Positions 1-10,901 of a stretch of 64,000 bases of DNA are shown here, in pieces. The stretch comes from Spirochaetaceae bacterium (GTDB lineage Bacteria; Spirochaetota; Spirochaetia; DSM-2461), in assembly GCA_051531975.1 (NCBI GenBank), contig JAOPTT010000006.1, positions 128,656 through 192,655 on the forward strand, read 5' to 3'. The notes under the pieces are model-generated. The model was given only the letters and a program-made list of their open reading frames with translations. It had not been told where the DNA came from and ran no database searches. A program made the position numbers and the translations under genes. Each line of letters begins with the position of its first letter. Position 1 is the first letter of the stretch.

Positions 1-2
1 AT

Positions 3-272
3 TAAAAATAGATATTCTTTAGTCCCTGGGTGCTCGTGAAACATTTCTGCCATTACTACAGCAAGTGCACCTGTTGCACCTGATATCATTCCTGGTCTAC
101 CACCAAAAATAGACGTAATTAATCCGATAATAAATGCTGCATATAGACCTACTAATGGATCTAAACCAGCTACAAATGCAAATGCAATAGCTTCTGGTAC
201 TAGTGCTAGGGCTACAGTTAAACCTGATAATATCTCGGTTTTGTAGCTTTTTGTTAATTCTGAATTAAACAT
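3..272 (-). CDS. SulP family inorganic anion transporter, N-terminal part (runs off window start)
   Basis: Manual translation from ATG at 272: [73 protein letters not shown], a typical SulP N-terminus. Confidence 0.9.
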   Translation of the reverse strand, partial: MFNSELTKSYKTEILSGLTVALALVPEAIAFAFVAGLDPLVGLYAAFIIGLITSIFGGRPGMISGATGALAVVMAEMFHEHPGTKEYLFL

Positions 273-393
273 ATTATTCCTCATTATAAAAAAATAGTCC
301 TTAATCATAGTTAAAAAAAAAAAAATGATCTATAGGTGAAAAAGTGATAATTGGTATTTGATCTTTTATCTTTTTTGTTTAATACTTAATATT

Positions 394-858
394 ATGGATA
401 GTACAGTAATAAATCCCTTTTTAAAGACAACAATAACCACATTTTCCCAGATGTTTAATATAAAAGCCAATATAGGTAAACCTTTTCTTGTGAAACAAGA
501 ATTGACTCATTGTTGGAACATATCTGGAATTATAGGTATTGTTGGTGATATAGAAGGTGTCTTAGTTTTAAGACTAAAAGAAGAGTTTGCATTAAAACTT
601 CTTAATGAATCTGGAATGGATTACGATAATGAAGAAGAATGTGATGAATTAAAAAGAGCTTTAGTTGCTGAGATAGTTAATGTTATATCAGGAAATGCTC
701 TACCGTTGTTAACTGCTGAGCATTTGGATATAACCCCTCCAATTGTTATACAGGGAACAAATCATACAATATCATGGCCAAGCAGCTCCCCTAAAGTTGG
801 AGTACCGTTTACAACTGATTTGGGTACATTTGAAATTTTGATAAGTATTACATCTTAA
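394..858 (+). CDS. cheX: CheX-family chemotaxis phosphatase
   Basis: ISGIIGIVGDIEG, E-xx-N motif (AEIVNVISGN), DITPPIVIQG; ATG at 394 preferred over TTG at 358. Confidence 0.8.
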   Translation: MDSTVINPFLKTTITTFSQMFNIKANIGKPFLVKQELTHCWNISGIIGIVGDIEGVLVLRLKEEFALKLLNESGMDYDNEEECDELKRALVAEIVNVISGNALPLLTAEHLDITPPIVIQGTNHTISWPSSSPKVGVPFTTDLGTFEILISITS

Positions 859-890
859 TTTCTGGAAGTAAAAAGAGGAAGGACTTAATA

Positions 891-1355
891 ATGAATGATA
901 TAATTAATAAGAATTTTATAGACATAACTTTAAATATTTTTGAGAAGCTTTTTAATACTAAATTAACAGCAGAAGAACCGTATATTGTTGATAGCAAAAA
1001 TCACGATTGGGATATTTCTGGTGTAGTTGGTGTAGTTGGAGATTATGAAGGTGTTGTTACAATTAGACTAAAACAAGATGCAGCTTCTAAACTTTTAGAA
1101 AAAACTAGAATAGAAAGCCCAGATGTTGCTGCAAAATGGAACCTTACAAATGACATGATTGGTGAAATAGTAAACAACATAGCAGGTAATGTTTTAAGTG
1201 AAATTTCAAAAGATAAATTTATTCATTCTGTTCCAATAACTATTCAGGGTGAAAATCATATTTTACAGTGGCCTAAAACTGCTCCAATTGTAGCGATACC
1301 ATTTTCCCTAGAATTTGGATTGTTAGAAGTTCAATACAGCCTTATAGAAAACTAG
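891..1355 (+). CDS. cheX: CheX-family chemotaxis phosphatase, tandem paralog
   Basis: DISGVVGVVGDYEG, GEIVNNIAGN; collinear with the upstream paralog. Confidence 0.8.
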   Translation: MNDIINKNFIDITLNIFEKLFNTKLTAEEPYIVDSKNHDWDISGVVGVVGDYEGVVTIRLKQDAASKLLEKTRIESPDVAAKWNLTNDMIGEIVNNIAGNVLSEISKDKFIHSVPITIQGENHILQWPKTAPIVAIPFSLEFGLLEVQYSLIEN

Positions 1356-1370
1356 AACAGAGGAAGATCC

Positions 1371-1928
1371 GTGAATAAAGTTAAATCCGCCCTTAAAATC
1401 CTTATTCAAGGTGAATCTGATGCTGTAGAAACGTATTTAGCATTTGCTAATAAAGCTGAGGAAGAAGGTTATATAAATATTTCATTACTTTTTCGTGCAC
1501 TTATTGTTGCCGAAAGAATACATATAAAAAATCATCAGAATGCATTAGGTGAAGATTTTATTCCAGTTAAAAATGTTTTAGAATCTGTAGAATCTACTTT
1601 AATAAATATTAATACTGCACTTATTGGTGAAACTGAAGAGAATAAAAAACTTTATCCTAAGCTGATAAAGAGCATTAAAAAAGAAACGTCTAATGAGTAT
1701 GGTAAAGTTGCTAAACTCTCTATGATGTGGGCACAAAAAGTTGAAAAAGAACATGCTAGACTATTAAAAATTGCTTACAAGTCATTATCTAAAGGTTCTG
1801 ACTTAGATTTTAAAAATATTTTAATATGTCAAGTTTGTGGAAATGTAGAAATAAATAAATATAATAAAAATGAATGTGGGATTTGTGGTCATGATTCTAT
1901 ATTTTTTAAAAGTTTAACTGAGGTTTAA
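1371..1928 (+). CDS. Rubrerythrin family protein
   Basis: GESDA..Y..FA..AEEEG, ExxH motifs (AERIH, EKEH), C-terminal CxxC...CxxC rubredoxin-like site. Confidence 0.9.
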   Translation: MNKVKSALKILIQGESDAVETYLAFANKAEEEGYINISLLFRALIVAERIHIKNHQNALGEDFIPVKNVLESVESTLININTALIGETEENKKLYPKLIKSIKKETSNEYGKVAKLSMMWAQKVEKEHARLLKIAYKSLSKGSDLDFKNILICQVCGNVEINKYNKNECGICGHDSIFFKSLTEV

Positions 1929-1930
1929 AA

Positions 1931-2638
1931 TTGAGATCATATTCAGATAAATTTCACCTACAGGGTGGAGAGTTAATTCGACAAATAACATTTGGTATGA
2001 ATGATGGTGTCGTTAGTATTTTTGCATTATTAGCAGGTTTAGCTGGTGCAGGTCAAGATTCTAAAACAATTTTAATTACACTTATAGCTGCAACAGTAGC
2101 AGGTGCTTTAAGTATGGCTGCCGGTGAGTTTATTAGTAGTAAAAGTGAAGCTGATTATTTTAATCATGAAATTGAGCAAGAGACCTTAGAAATTAAGTTA
2201 TGCCCAGAAGTAGAAAAAGAAGAACTTCGTATAATATATAAAAATAAAGGTCTAAAAGGTGACCTTTTAGAGCAGGTTGTTACAGAACTAACAAAGGATC
2301 CAAAGCAATGGGTTCGTGAAATGGTAATTGATGAACTTGGTGTTACAGAATTAGAACATGGAAGTGATCTTAAATCATCTTTTATTATATTTGGTGCTTT
2401 TATCATTGGTGCATGTTTTCCAACTCTTCCTTATCTTCTGCTTATTAATTTAGATATAGATTCAGCATTGTTATTTAAAGTTGCAACAGGAGTTACTGTT
2501 GGTGGACTATTTTTAGCAGGAGCATTAAAGAAATTTGTTACAGGGGTTAATTGGCTAAAATCTGGAATAGAGATGTTAGCAGTTGGTCTATTTGCATTTA
2601 CGATAGCTTATATCATAGGTCTTTTTATACCTATATAA
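1931..2638 (+). CDS. VIT1/CCC1 family Fe/Mn transporter
   Basis: FGMNDGVVS and AGALSMAAGEFISSKSE motifs; hydrophobic helices. Confidence 0.92.
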   Translation: MRSYSDKFHLQGGELIRQITFGMNDGVVSIFALLAGLAGAGQDSKTILITLIAATVAGALSMAAGEFISSKSEADYFNHEIEQETLEIKLCPEVEKEELRIIYKNKGLKGDLLEQVVTELTKDPKQWVREMVIDELGVTELEHGSDLKSSFIIFGAFIIGACFPTLPYLLLINLDIDSALLFKVATGVTVGGLFLAGALKKFVTGVNWLKSGIEMLAVGLFAFTIAYIIGLFIPI

Positions 2639-2675
2639 CAGAATATTTCAGTACAATCTTAAATATTCCTCTAAA

Positions 2676-2705
2676 AAATAGAGAAGGTTTAAACCCTCTC
2701 TATTT
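2676..2705. terminator. Probable bidirectional terminator between convergent VIT1 and lysC
   Basis: Inverted repeat aaatagaga..gttt/aaac..tctctattt. Confidence 0.55.
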
Positions 2706-4044
2706 ATTTATCAAAAAATTCATCATGTAAAATCTGTATTGTTTTATCTGTTGCATCTCCAGGAACAACAAAAGATAAGTTAGTATCGCTAGAACCTAAA
2801 GATATCATTCTAATAGGTGTATCTTTTAAAGTTGCAAAGACTCTAGATATAAATATAGAGTCCTTCCATAGTTCCTGACCAACCATACAAATAATACTTT
2901 TACCTTCTTCAACTTTAACTTTTCCTAGTTCCATTAAATCTTTAACAATATCATTCAAATAATCTCTATTTTCAATTGTTATTGTAACTGAAACTTCAGA
3001 TGTGGATATTAGATCTACAGGTGTTTTATATTTTTCAAATACTGAAAAAAGTCTTCGTAGAAATCCATAAGCATTTAACATTTTAGAAGATGTTATATTT
3101 ACAACTGTAATATCTTTTTTACCAGAAATAGCTTTTAAACCAACTTTTTCAACATCAGATGTAATTTTTGTTCCGCTAGCATCTCTGTTTCCAGTATTTC
3201 TAACCCAAACCGGTATAGATTTTTTTACTGCAGGTTGAATAGTCGCTGGGTGTACAACTTTGGCACCAAAATATGCAAGCTCAGCAGCTTCTGTGTATGT
3301 CATATGTTCTATTGTTCTAGTTCCAGTAATATGCCTTGGGTCACTGGTTTTTATACCTGTAACATCTGTCCATATTTGAACCTCTGTTGCATTTAATGCT
3401 GAACCAATAATTGTAGATGTGAAATCAGATCCACCTCTGCCTAATGTAGAAGTTACACCATTTAGAGTAGAACCTATAAAACCTTGGGTAATTAAAATTT
3501 TGTTTTTTTCAGGCTGTACAAAGAGAGGGATAAGTCTATCACACTCTTCAGTTAATACATGTGCACTATTAAAATCTTCAGAAGTTTTAATAAACTCTCT
3601 TGAGTCTAATAAATCTGCATTTATTCCTCTTTCTAAACACCTAAAATATATAACAGTAGTAGATAATCTTTCACCGAAGGATAAAATAGTATCTTTGGTC
3701 CTTGGTGAACACTCTTTTAATAGAGATAAACCATTTAAAAGAGAGGATAATTCTCTGAATAGACTTGTTATTTTATTATTTGCTAGTTCTAAATTCTGAT
3801 TAGATAAAAACTCATTACAAACATCTAAGTGATTTTGTTTAAGAATATCAGCTATATTAAAAGCTTTTTTAGAATTACCAACTTTTGCATATTCTACAGC
3901 TTCTAATATACCATTAGTGGTTTTACCCATGGCAGAAGATACTATTACTGGAGCTTTATCTATTTGATTATTAGTAATGTCGATGGCATTATCTATCCAA
4001 GAGGAATTCTTTACAGAAGTTCCCCCAAACTTTAATACGATCAT
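2704..4044 (-). CDS. lysC: Aspartate kinase
   Basis: VLKFGGTSV, TLGRGGSDFT, EAAELAYFGAKVVHP, C-terminal ACT domains. Confidence 0.95.
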   Translation of the reverse strand: MIVLKFGGTSVKNSSWIDNAIDITNNQIDKAPVIVSSAMGKTTNGILEAVEYAKVGNSKKAFNIADILKQNHLDVCNEFLSNQNLELANNKITSLFRELSSLLNGLSLLKECSPRTKDTILSFGERLSTTVIYFRCLERGINADLLDSREFIKTSEDFNSAHVLTEECDRLIPLFVQPEKNKILITQGFIGSTLNGVTSTLGRGGSDFTSTIIGSALNATEVQIWTDVTGIKTSDPRHITGTRTIEHMTYTEAAELAYFGAKVVHPATIQPAVKKSIPVWVRNTGNRDASGTKITSDVEKVGLKAISGKKDITVVNITSSKMLNAYGFLRRLFSVFEKYKTPVDLISTSEVSVTITIENRDYLNDIVKDLMELGKVKVEEGKSIICMVGQELWKDSIFISRVFATLKDTPIRMISLGSSDTNLSFVVPGDATDKTIQILHDEFFDK

Positions 4045-5087
4045 TAGTCTAGATATCCTAATGCAACAAATGTTTCTGCATTTAATATTGCGGCACCTGC
4101 AGCACCTCTAATCGTGTTGTGACCCATAATAGTCATTTTTATATCACCAATACTATCTTTTCGAACTCTACCAACAGAAGTTACCATTCCTTTGTCAAAA
4201 AAAGCATCTCTTGCAGGTTGTGGTCTATCATTCTCTTCAAATACAACAATTGGATTTTTAGGAGCAAAAGGAAGATTTAATTCCTGTGGTTTACCTTTAA
4301 AGTTTGATAAAACTGTTTTTACTTCTTCAACAGTTACTCTGTTTTTAAACTTAATTGTTAAATTTTCAGTATGACCATCAAATACTGGAACTCTATTACA
4401 ATGAGCTGATATGATAAAATCTGCATCGTCTATTTTGTTTCCATTTATAGATCCAAGAATTTTTTGGGATTCCATTTCTACTTTTTCTTCTTCACCACCA
4501 ATATATGGCACAATATTTCCTAGAATATCCATAGCAGAAACACCAGGATATCCAGCGCCGCTAATGGCTTGCATAGTTGCAACTTGTACCCATTCAATTC
4601 CAAACTTTCTATACAATGGAGCTAAAACCATGGCAATAAACATTGTAGAACAGTTTGAGTTCGTAATGATTGCACCTTTATAAGGTTGTTTTTTAATTAT
4701 TTCAAAATGATCAGGGTTAACTTCAGGTATAATTATAGGAACATCTGAATCTGTTCTGTGATTTTTAGAATTACTAATAACTATATGTCCATTGTTTGCA
4801 TAATTTGTTTCAGCTTCACCTGCAACACTAGAATCCATTCCTGAAAATAAAATTTTACTCTCTAATTTATCATCTATTGTTTTAATAACAATCTCTTTAA
4901 TAGTTTCGTTTATTGGATTACTCTGTTTCCATTTGCATATATCGCCATATTTGTTTCCAGCTGATCTAGGTGATGCTACTAACTCTATAATTTCAAAAGT
5001 TGGATGATTTTCCAACAAAGTAATAAATTTCTGACCAACTGTTCCAGTTGCTCCTAATATTGCTACAGGTATTTTATTCATATTCAC
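4044..5087 (-). CDS. asd: Aspartate-semialdehyde dehydrogenase
   Basis: ILGATGTVGQ, catalytic NSNCST, QAISGAG, HNTIRGAAG. Confidence 0.96.
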   Translation of the reverse strand: MNMNKIPVAILGATGTVGQKFITLLENHPTFEIIELVASPRSAGNKYGDICKWKQSNPINETIKEIVIKTIDDKLESKILFSGMDSSVAGEAETNYANNGHIVISNSKNHRTDSDVPIIIPEVNPDHFEIIKKQPYKGAIITNSNCSTMFIAMVLAPLYRKFGIEWVQVATMQAISGAGYPGVSAMDILGNIVPYIGGEEEKVEMESQKILGSINGNKIDDADFIISAHCNRVPVFDGHTENLTIKFKNRVTVEEVKTVLSNFKGKPQELNLPFAPKNPIVVFEENDRPQPARDAFFDKGMVTSVGRVRKDSIGDIKMTIMGHNTIRGAAGAAILNAETFVALGYLD

Positions 5088-5213
5088 TCCATTTTATTAG
5101 TTAAAAAATTACCTTTTAAAGAGTTTTTTGTCAATATTTCAATATTGAATACGTTTTGATTTTATTTAAATAAATGACTTATTTATAATTACAAAAGACT
5201 GTAATATTAAACT

Positions 5214-7655
5214 GTGAAAACAATTGAGAGATTTACTAATAAAGTTATAGATATAATAAAAGAAACAATAGAAGATGCAGAAGGTAATGAAGTCCTTTTT
5301 TTAGGAAAAATAGACGAAGATGGAATTATATCCTTAATAGAAGTAGGAGCAAGAGGAGACGAAAACTCTGTTCCAGCTATATTTCCACATATGCTTAAAG
5401 GGGATGTAATTATACATAATCACCCATCAGGAACCTTAAAACCATCTGCACCAGATCTAAATGTTGCATCTATGTTAGGGCAAGATGGAATTGGTTTTTA
5501 TATCATAAATAACGATGTTACACTGGTTTATCCTGTTGTTGAACCTATTATATTAAAAGATAGAGAGGTATTAGATGATCTAACATATCTTTTAGAACCT
5601 GATGGACCACTTAGTAAATTAGATGAAAATTATGAATATAGAGAGAGTCAGTCAGAACTGCTAAAAGATATTACAACTGCTTTAAATCACGACTCTGTTT
5701 TAGCTGCTGAGGCTGGAACAGGTGTTGGTAAATCTTTTGCATATCTACTTCCAGCACTTAAATGGGCAGAAGTTAATGAAGATAGAATAGTTATATCTAC
5801 AGGTACAATTAATCTTCAACAACAGTTAATGGAAAAAGATATTCCATTAGCTAAAAAAATATTAAAATCGGATGTTAAAACGGTTTTGGTTAAAGGTCGA
5901 GGTAATTATCTATGCCATAAAAGATTCTCTACTGTAATAGAAGAAGACTCACTATTTAGAGAAGAAGGGCATCAATTAAATATTATAAATGATTGGATGA
6001 AAACAAGTAAAACCGGATGTTTAAGTGATTTAAACTTTATGCCTTCAAGAGAAATTTGGAATACCATTAATTCTGAAGCCGAAACATGCACAGGAATTAA
6101 GTGTTCTTACTTTAATAAATGTTTCTCTATGAAAGCAAGAAAAGAGGCATCAACAGCTGGTGTTATTATTGTTAATCATCACCTTTTATTTGCTGATTTA
6201 GCGATGAGATTAGAAGGGGCTGGTTTTGAAGGTAGTGCTGTTTTACCTCCATTTTATAAAATTATATTCGATGAAGCACATAATATCGAAGATAGTGCTA
6301 CAAGTTTTTTCTCTGAAAGATATAATAAATTTACACTAATTAAATATCTAAATAGACTTTATGGAAAAAAAATGGGGAAAAGATATGGTTCATTAACAAA
6401 ACTAGATCGTTTTATCCCAGATAGTGCAAAAGTTTCTGATGTTGATCCTTTAATTCAAAATATAAAAGATAAAGCCGATGTTTTGGATCAGCTATGTCTC
6501 GATTTTACTGGTGGAAATAGTCTTCATATCGAAGGAGAACCAGGTGATACATTAACATTTGGTATATTAAATCCAGGCTTAAAACTTCAACAAGCTTTAT
6601 TAGAATTAACTAAAGAATTGGGTAATGTATTAAAATCAATTGATGAAGAATTTCACGATTATGATGCTTTTATTGAGACAGCTAGACTAAAAACAAAATT
6701 TGAATCAATAGCTACATTTTTTGAGAAATTTAGAAGTTACCAAGAGTATAATGATGAAATTTTTTGGGTAGATAGAGGAAAAACATCAAGTGGAGATAAT
6801 TTTGTAAAATATAGTATTACTCCTTTAGATATATCTCGATTAATGTCAGAGGCTGTATTTGAACCATATTCATCAGTTATTTGTACATCTGCCACACTTA
6901 CAGTCAATAATAGTTTTAACTTTTGGAAAAATCGTGTTGGTATGCAATATATTGACCCAGATAGGGTTATGCAAAAGATTTATCATTCACCATTTAATTA
7001 TGAAGAAAGAGTTTTTTTAGGTGTTCCAACGGATATACCACTACCAAATGAAGATGGGTATTTAGATTATGCTAAAGAATATATTAAAAATATATTGACC
7101 CAATCTGGAGGCAGTGGATTAGTTTTATTTACATCTTATATGATGTTAAAGGAAGTCTATGATTTTATTAAACCGCATTTAGATATGTTAAACATAACTA
7201 GTTATAGACAGGGTGAAGATGACAGAAGTAGATTATTAAATAATTTTAAATCTGATATTTCAAGTGTACTTTTTGCAACTGAATCTTTTTGGGAAGGTGT
7301 AGATTCGCCAGGAGAAACATTAAAAGTTGTCATTATTTCTAAATTACCTTTTAGAGTACCAACAGATCCAATTATTAAAGCCCGGATGGAAAGATGCACT
7401 GAAAAAGGTGGTAATCCATTTATGGAAATCTCAATCCCAGATGCTGTAACAAGACTAAAACAAGGTTTTGGTCGGTTAATGAGAAGAAAAACTGATTGGG
7501 GTATGGTTTTTATATTAGATTCAAGGTGTGTAAAAAAAAGATATGGATCAATATTTTTAAATTCACTTCCCCAATGTCATTTTTTTGCAGATAATGGTCA
7601 AGAAATTTTAGATAATTCCAAAAGCTTTTTAGATAGAGGTGATTTTTATGAGTAA
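5214..7655 (+). CDS. DinG/YoaA-family helicase with N-terminal JAB/MPN-like domain
   Basis: EAGTGVGKS, DEAH, Fe-S cysteines, SFWEGVD, LKQGFGRLMR; N-terminal HNHPSG..PS..D. Confidence 0.9.
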   Translation: MKTIERFTNKVIDIIKETIEDAEGNEVLFLGKIDEDGIISLIEVGARGDENSVPAIFPHMLKGDVIIHNHPSGTLKPSAPDLNVASMLGQDGIGFYIINNDVTLVYPVVEPIILKDREVLDDLTYLLEPDGPLSKLDENYEYRESQSELLKDITTALNHDSVLAAEAGTGVGKSFAYLLPALKWAEVNEDRIVISTGTINLQQQLMEKDIPLAKKILKSDVKTVLVKGRGNYLCHKRFSTVIEEDSLFREEGHQLNIINDWMKTSKTGCLSDLNFMPSREIWNTINSEAETCTGIKCSYFNKCFSMKARKEASTAGVIIVNHHLLFADLAMRLEGAGFEGSAVLPPFYKIIFDEAHNIEDSATSFFSERYNKFTLIKYLNRLYGKKMGKRYGSLTKLDRFIPDSAKVSDVDPLIQNIKDKADVLDQLCLDFTGGNSLHIEGEPGDTLTFGILNPGLKLQQALLELTKELGNVLKSIDEEFHDYDAFIETARLKTKFESIATFFEKFRSYQEYNDEIFWVDRGKTSSGDNFVKYSITPLDISRLMSEAVFEPYSSVICTSATLTVNNSFNFWKNRVGMQYIDPDRVMQKIYHSPFNYEERVFLGVPTDIPLPNEDGYLDYAKEYIKNILTQSGGSGLVLFTSYMMLKEVYDFIKPHLDMLNITSYRQGEDDRSRLLNNFKSDISSVLFATESFWEGVDSPGETLKVVIISKLPFRVPTDPIIKARMERCTEKGGNPFMEISIPDAVTRLKQGFGRLMRRKTDWGMVFILDSRCVKKRYGSIFLNSLPQCHFFADNGQEILDNSKSFLDRGDFYE

Positions 7656-8040
7656 TATAATGATAAATTTATTAGAGGTGTCGTTTTTATCAGAAGAAGA
7701 AAAAGATGAGTTTATGACCGCTGTAGAAAATGAAGATGATGTTTTTAGTTTTGATTGTATTGGAATTGAAGTCCCACTAGAATCAGTTTCATTTAAACCA
7801 GTAGAAGAAGGATTTATGTTTCTGTTTTTAACTGAAGAAGAAGACGTTAAAGGTGAAATACAGGTTTTAAGTGAAACTTTTCCTGGAGTTAGCTTTAATT
7901 ATTTAGTTATTGCTCCAGGAGCAAAAGAGACTATTATTTCCATGCAGTTAGAGGGTGGTGAAGTCCTAACTACACAGACAATAATTGGTGCAGCAGCCAT
8001 GTTAATTGGTGAAATGGCTAAAGGTGGATTTGCTGGTTAA
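7648..8040 (+). CDS. Hypothetical acidic protein
   Basis: ORF overlapping the helicase stop; AGAGGT RBS before ATG 7648. Confidence 0.65.
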   Translation: MSNIMINLLEVSFLSEEEKDEFMTAVENEDDVFSFDCIGIEVPLESVSFKPVEEGFMFLFLTEEEDVKGEIQVLSETFPGVSFNYLVIAPGAKETIISMQLEGGEVLTTQTIIGAAAMLIGEMAKGGFAG

Positions 8041-8056
8041 TTAAAACCAGATAAGT

Positions 8057-10054
8057 CTACCTTTTTTTACTCTCATAGTGGCTAAATTCCAATTCGAACC
8101 CTCCAGTTCCACTTGTTATTGACTTTAGATCTATAGCATATCTTAAGAATTCAGCCTGTGGGACTTGAGCAGTAATTATCCAGATACCTTCACCAATACT
8201 CTCTTGGTTCTGAATTTTCGCTCTTCTACCACCTAGATCAGATAAAACATCCCCAATATGTTTCTCAGGAATAAATACAGTTAAATCCTGAAAAGGTTCT
8301 AATATCTCAACTTTTGCATTTTCTAATGCAACTTTGAAGGCATTTTTAGCAGCCATTTTAAAGGCTAATTCAGACGAGTCAACAGCGTGCTCTTTACCAT
8401 CAATAACTTCAACTTTTATATCAACCATAGGATATTTTTTAAGAAATCCTTCGCTCATCCCTTCCCTAAGACCTCTTTCAATTCCAGCCATATAACCTTT
8501 ACTTATTACACCACCTTTTATAGCATTAATGAATTTAAAATCTTCACCTCTAGGTAAGGGACTTATTAAAATAGAACATCGTCCATACTGACCATGTCCT
8601 CCAGATTGTTTTTTATATGTATACTCACCGTTACTATTCTTTGTAATTGTCTCTCTAAAAGGTACCTTTGGAAGAGACTTTACAACATGGATTTTTGTAT
8701 TTTTATATATTTTATCAAGGACAATATCTATGTGTAATTCTCCCATACCAGAAATAACTGTCTCTTTTGTTTCACCGTTATATTTAATAGTAAAAGTTTT
8801 ATCTTGTTCAGCCTCTTTTTGTAGTATCTCAACAAGTTTATCCTCATCATTTTGTTTTTCTGGCTCTATGGCTACAGAAAATATAGGGTGGGGAAGTTCT
8901 AAAGGCTTAAAATGAATAATATGATCTATTGGACATACGGTATCGTTAGTATTTAATAAACTCTGCTTTGTAACAATTCCAATATCACCAGCTGTTAAAG
9001 TATTACATTCGTTAAGTTTTTTGCCTTCGCATGTATAAATTTTTCCAACCTTAAACTTTTTGTCTTCTCTTGGAGTGTAGTATTCTGTATTTGCTGTTAA
9101 TGATCCTGTTATAATCTTTATAAAACTAAGTTTCCCATTAAACTGGTCAAAAGATGTTTTAAATACAATACCTGAAAAGTTACCATCAGGAGTTATCATT
9201 GTAGATTTTTCACCAGTTACACATGGTTCTTCGATTTTAAAAGGGCATGGAGATTCTATAGAAATAAAGTCCATTAAAGGTTTTATTCCAGAATTATGAA
9301 GAACTGAACCACAAAAAACAGGAATGAATTTATTATCAAAAAGTCCCTCTCTTAATCCTTTTTTTACATCTTCTAAATTTAGAGTACCATCATCAAAGAA
9401 TTTTTCAGTTAATTCATCATCACCTTCGGCGGCAGCTTCAATTAATTTTTCATGATACTCATTTGCCATATCTTTATATTCTTCAGGAATATCACTAGCA
9501 ATACCTTCGCTATATGATTTCATATCTAATAGATTTATAACACCAGAAAAGTTTTCAGCTTCTCCCATTGGGATTGTAATTGGTATACAGGTAACATCAA
9601 ACTTTTTTATCTGTTCAATTACATCAAAGTAGTTTGCTCTGTTTTTTTCCATCTTGTTAATAAAAGCAATTCTAGGCATTTTTCTTTTATCTAATTGTCT
9701 CCAGAGTTTTACAGTCTCTATTTGAACCCCAGATCTACTACCAAAAATTACAACCGCAGATTCAGTAGCTCTAAATGCACTAATAACTTCCCCTGAAAAA
9801 TCTGATATTCCTGGAGTATCAAAAATATTAATTTTTCTATCAAGCCACTGTACATTAGAAATAGATGTATGTATTGATATCTTTCTATCAATTTCTTCAT
9901 CAGTAAAATCATTAGTCGTTCGACCTGTATCTACACTTTCAGCTTTTTTAATAACACCAGCATTAAAAAGAATTTGTTCACAAAGAGATGTCTTTCCAGT
10001 ATCTCCATGTCCACAAACAGAAATATTTCTTAACGATGCAGAATTATAACTCAT
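8057..10054 (-). CDS. fusA: Elongation factor G-like protein (EF-G2 type)
   Basis: GHGDTGKT, DTPG, NKME, GMGELH, KKQSGGHGQYG; divergent G motifs point to a secondary EF-G. Confidence 0.88.
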   Translation of the reverse strand: MSYNSASLRNISVCGHGDTGKTSLCEQILFNAGVIKKAESVDTGRTTNDFTDEEIDRKISIHTSISNVQWLDRKINIFDTPGISDFSGEVISAFRATESAVVIFGSRSGVQIETVKLWRQLDKRKMPRIAFINKMEKNRANYFDVIEQIKKFDVTCIPITIPMGEAENFSGVINLLDMKSYSEGIASDIPEEYKDMANEYHEKLIEAAAEGDDELTEKFFDDGTLNLEDVKKGLREGLFDNKFIPVFCGSVLHNSGIKPLMDFISIESPCPFKIEEPCVTGEKSTMITPDGNFSGIVFKTSFDQFNGKLSFIKIITGSLTANTEYYTPREDKKFKVGKIYTCEGKKLNECNTLTAGDIGIVTKQSLLNTNDTVCPIDHIIHFKPLELPHPIFSVAIEPEKQNDEDKLVEILQKEAEQDKTFTIKYNGETKETVISGMGELHIDIVLDKIYKNTKIHVVKSLPKVPFRETITKNSNGEYTYKKQSGGHGQYGRCSILISPLPRGEDFKFINAIKGGVISKGYMAGIERGLREGMSEGFLKKYPMVDIKVEVIDGKEHAVDSSELAFKMAAKNAFKVALENAKVEILEPFQDLTVFIPEKHIGDVLSDLGGRRAKIQNQESIGEGIWIITAQVPQAEFLRYAIDLKSITSGTGGFELEFSHYESKKR

Positions 10055-10184
10055 TTAGTCCTCCAAATAATATCATTATGTTATAACTTTAAACCTCAGT
10101 TCCCCTGTGGTCAATTATTTTATTTTTAATCCCTTTAATAGCAGATTGAAGAGTTATTTAATTCGTTGTAAACTAAATAAAGAA

Positions 10185-10901
10185 ATGAACAATAAAAATA
10201 TTTTTAATCTAACTGATTTTCAGGGACCACTTGATCTTCTTTTATATTTAATTAGAAAGAGTGAAATTAACATCTATGATATTCCAATCTCTGAAATAAC
10301 GGACCAATATTTAATTATATTAGATAACTCTGCTAATCATAACTTAGAAGATTTATCTGAATTTTATCTTATGGCCACAACTTTACTTTATATTAAATCA
10401 AGAATGTTATTACCAGTTGAAATCGATGTAGAAGAAGAAGCTGAAGATCCAAGAACTGATCTTGTTGCAAAATTGATAGATTATCAAAAATATAAAAAAA
10501 TATCAGAACTTATGAAGGATCGTTTTTATACAAGAGAATTAACTGAAGATACAATCAGGCCTAAAAGACAAATTCTATATAATGATGATATATGGGAAGA
10601 AGTAGAACTATCCGACTTATTCACAAGTTATAAGTCAATTAGAAAGTTAAATGATAGAGAAAAAATTGTTAATCTTACAGAAGAAGTTACAATAAATGAA
10701 AAAATTACATTAATAGATGAATTATTATCTACTAAAGAAGAATTTTATTTTGATGAACTAATTAAAGATAAACACTCTCTTATGGAGTTTGTTTGTTCGT
10801 TTTTAGCAATACTTGATTCTATAAAATATCGAGTTATACTAGTTTATCAAAATGTTCAATATGGAACAATATTATTAAAAAAAGGAGAAGGTGAACAATG
10901 A
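10185..10901 (+). CDS. scpA: Segregation and condensation protein A
   Basis: FQGPLDLLLYLI, IYDIPISEITDQY, IKSRMLLP; upstream of scpB. Confidence 0.93.
   Translation: MNNKNIFNLTDFQGPLDLLLYLIRKSEINIYDIPISEITDQYLIILDNSANHNLEDLSEFYLMATTLLYIKSRMLLPVEIDVEEEAEDPRTDLVAKLIDYQKYKKISELMKDRFYTRELTEDTIRPKRQILYNDDIWEEVELSDLFTSYKSIRKLNDREKIVNLTEEVTINEKITLIDELLSTKEEFYFDELIKDKHSLMEFVCSFLAILDSIKYRVILVYQNVQYGTILLKKGEGEQ

Noticed and set aside
313..325. A13 tract (and (TA)7 at 27619-27632) as phase-variation switches
   Set aside because: Expected in very AT-rich intergenic DNA; no evidence of variation from one sequence
5214..5540. JAB/MPN domain fused to DinG as a defence system (CBASS or type IV CRISPR)
   Set aside because: Core-gene context with no cas or cyclase neighbours
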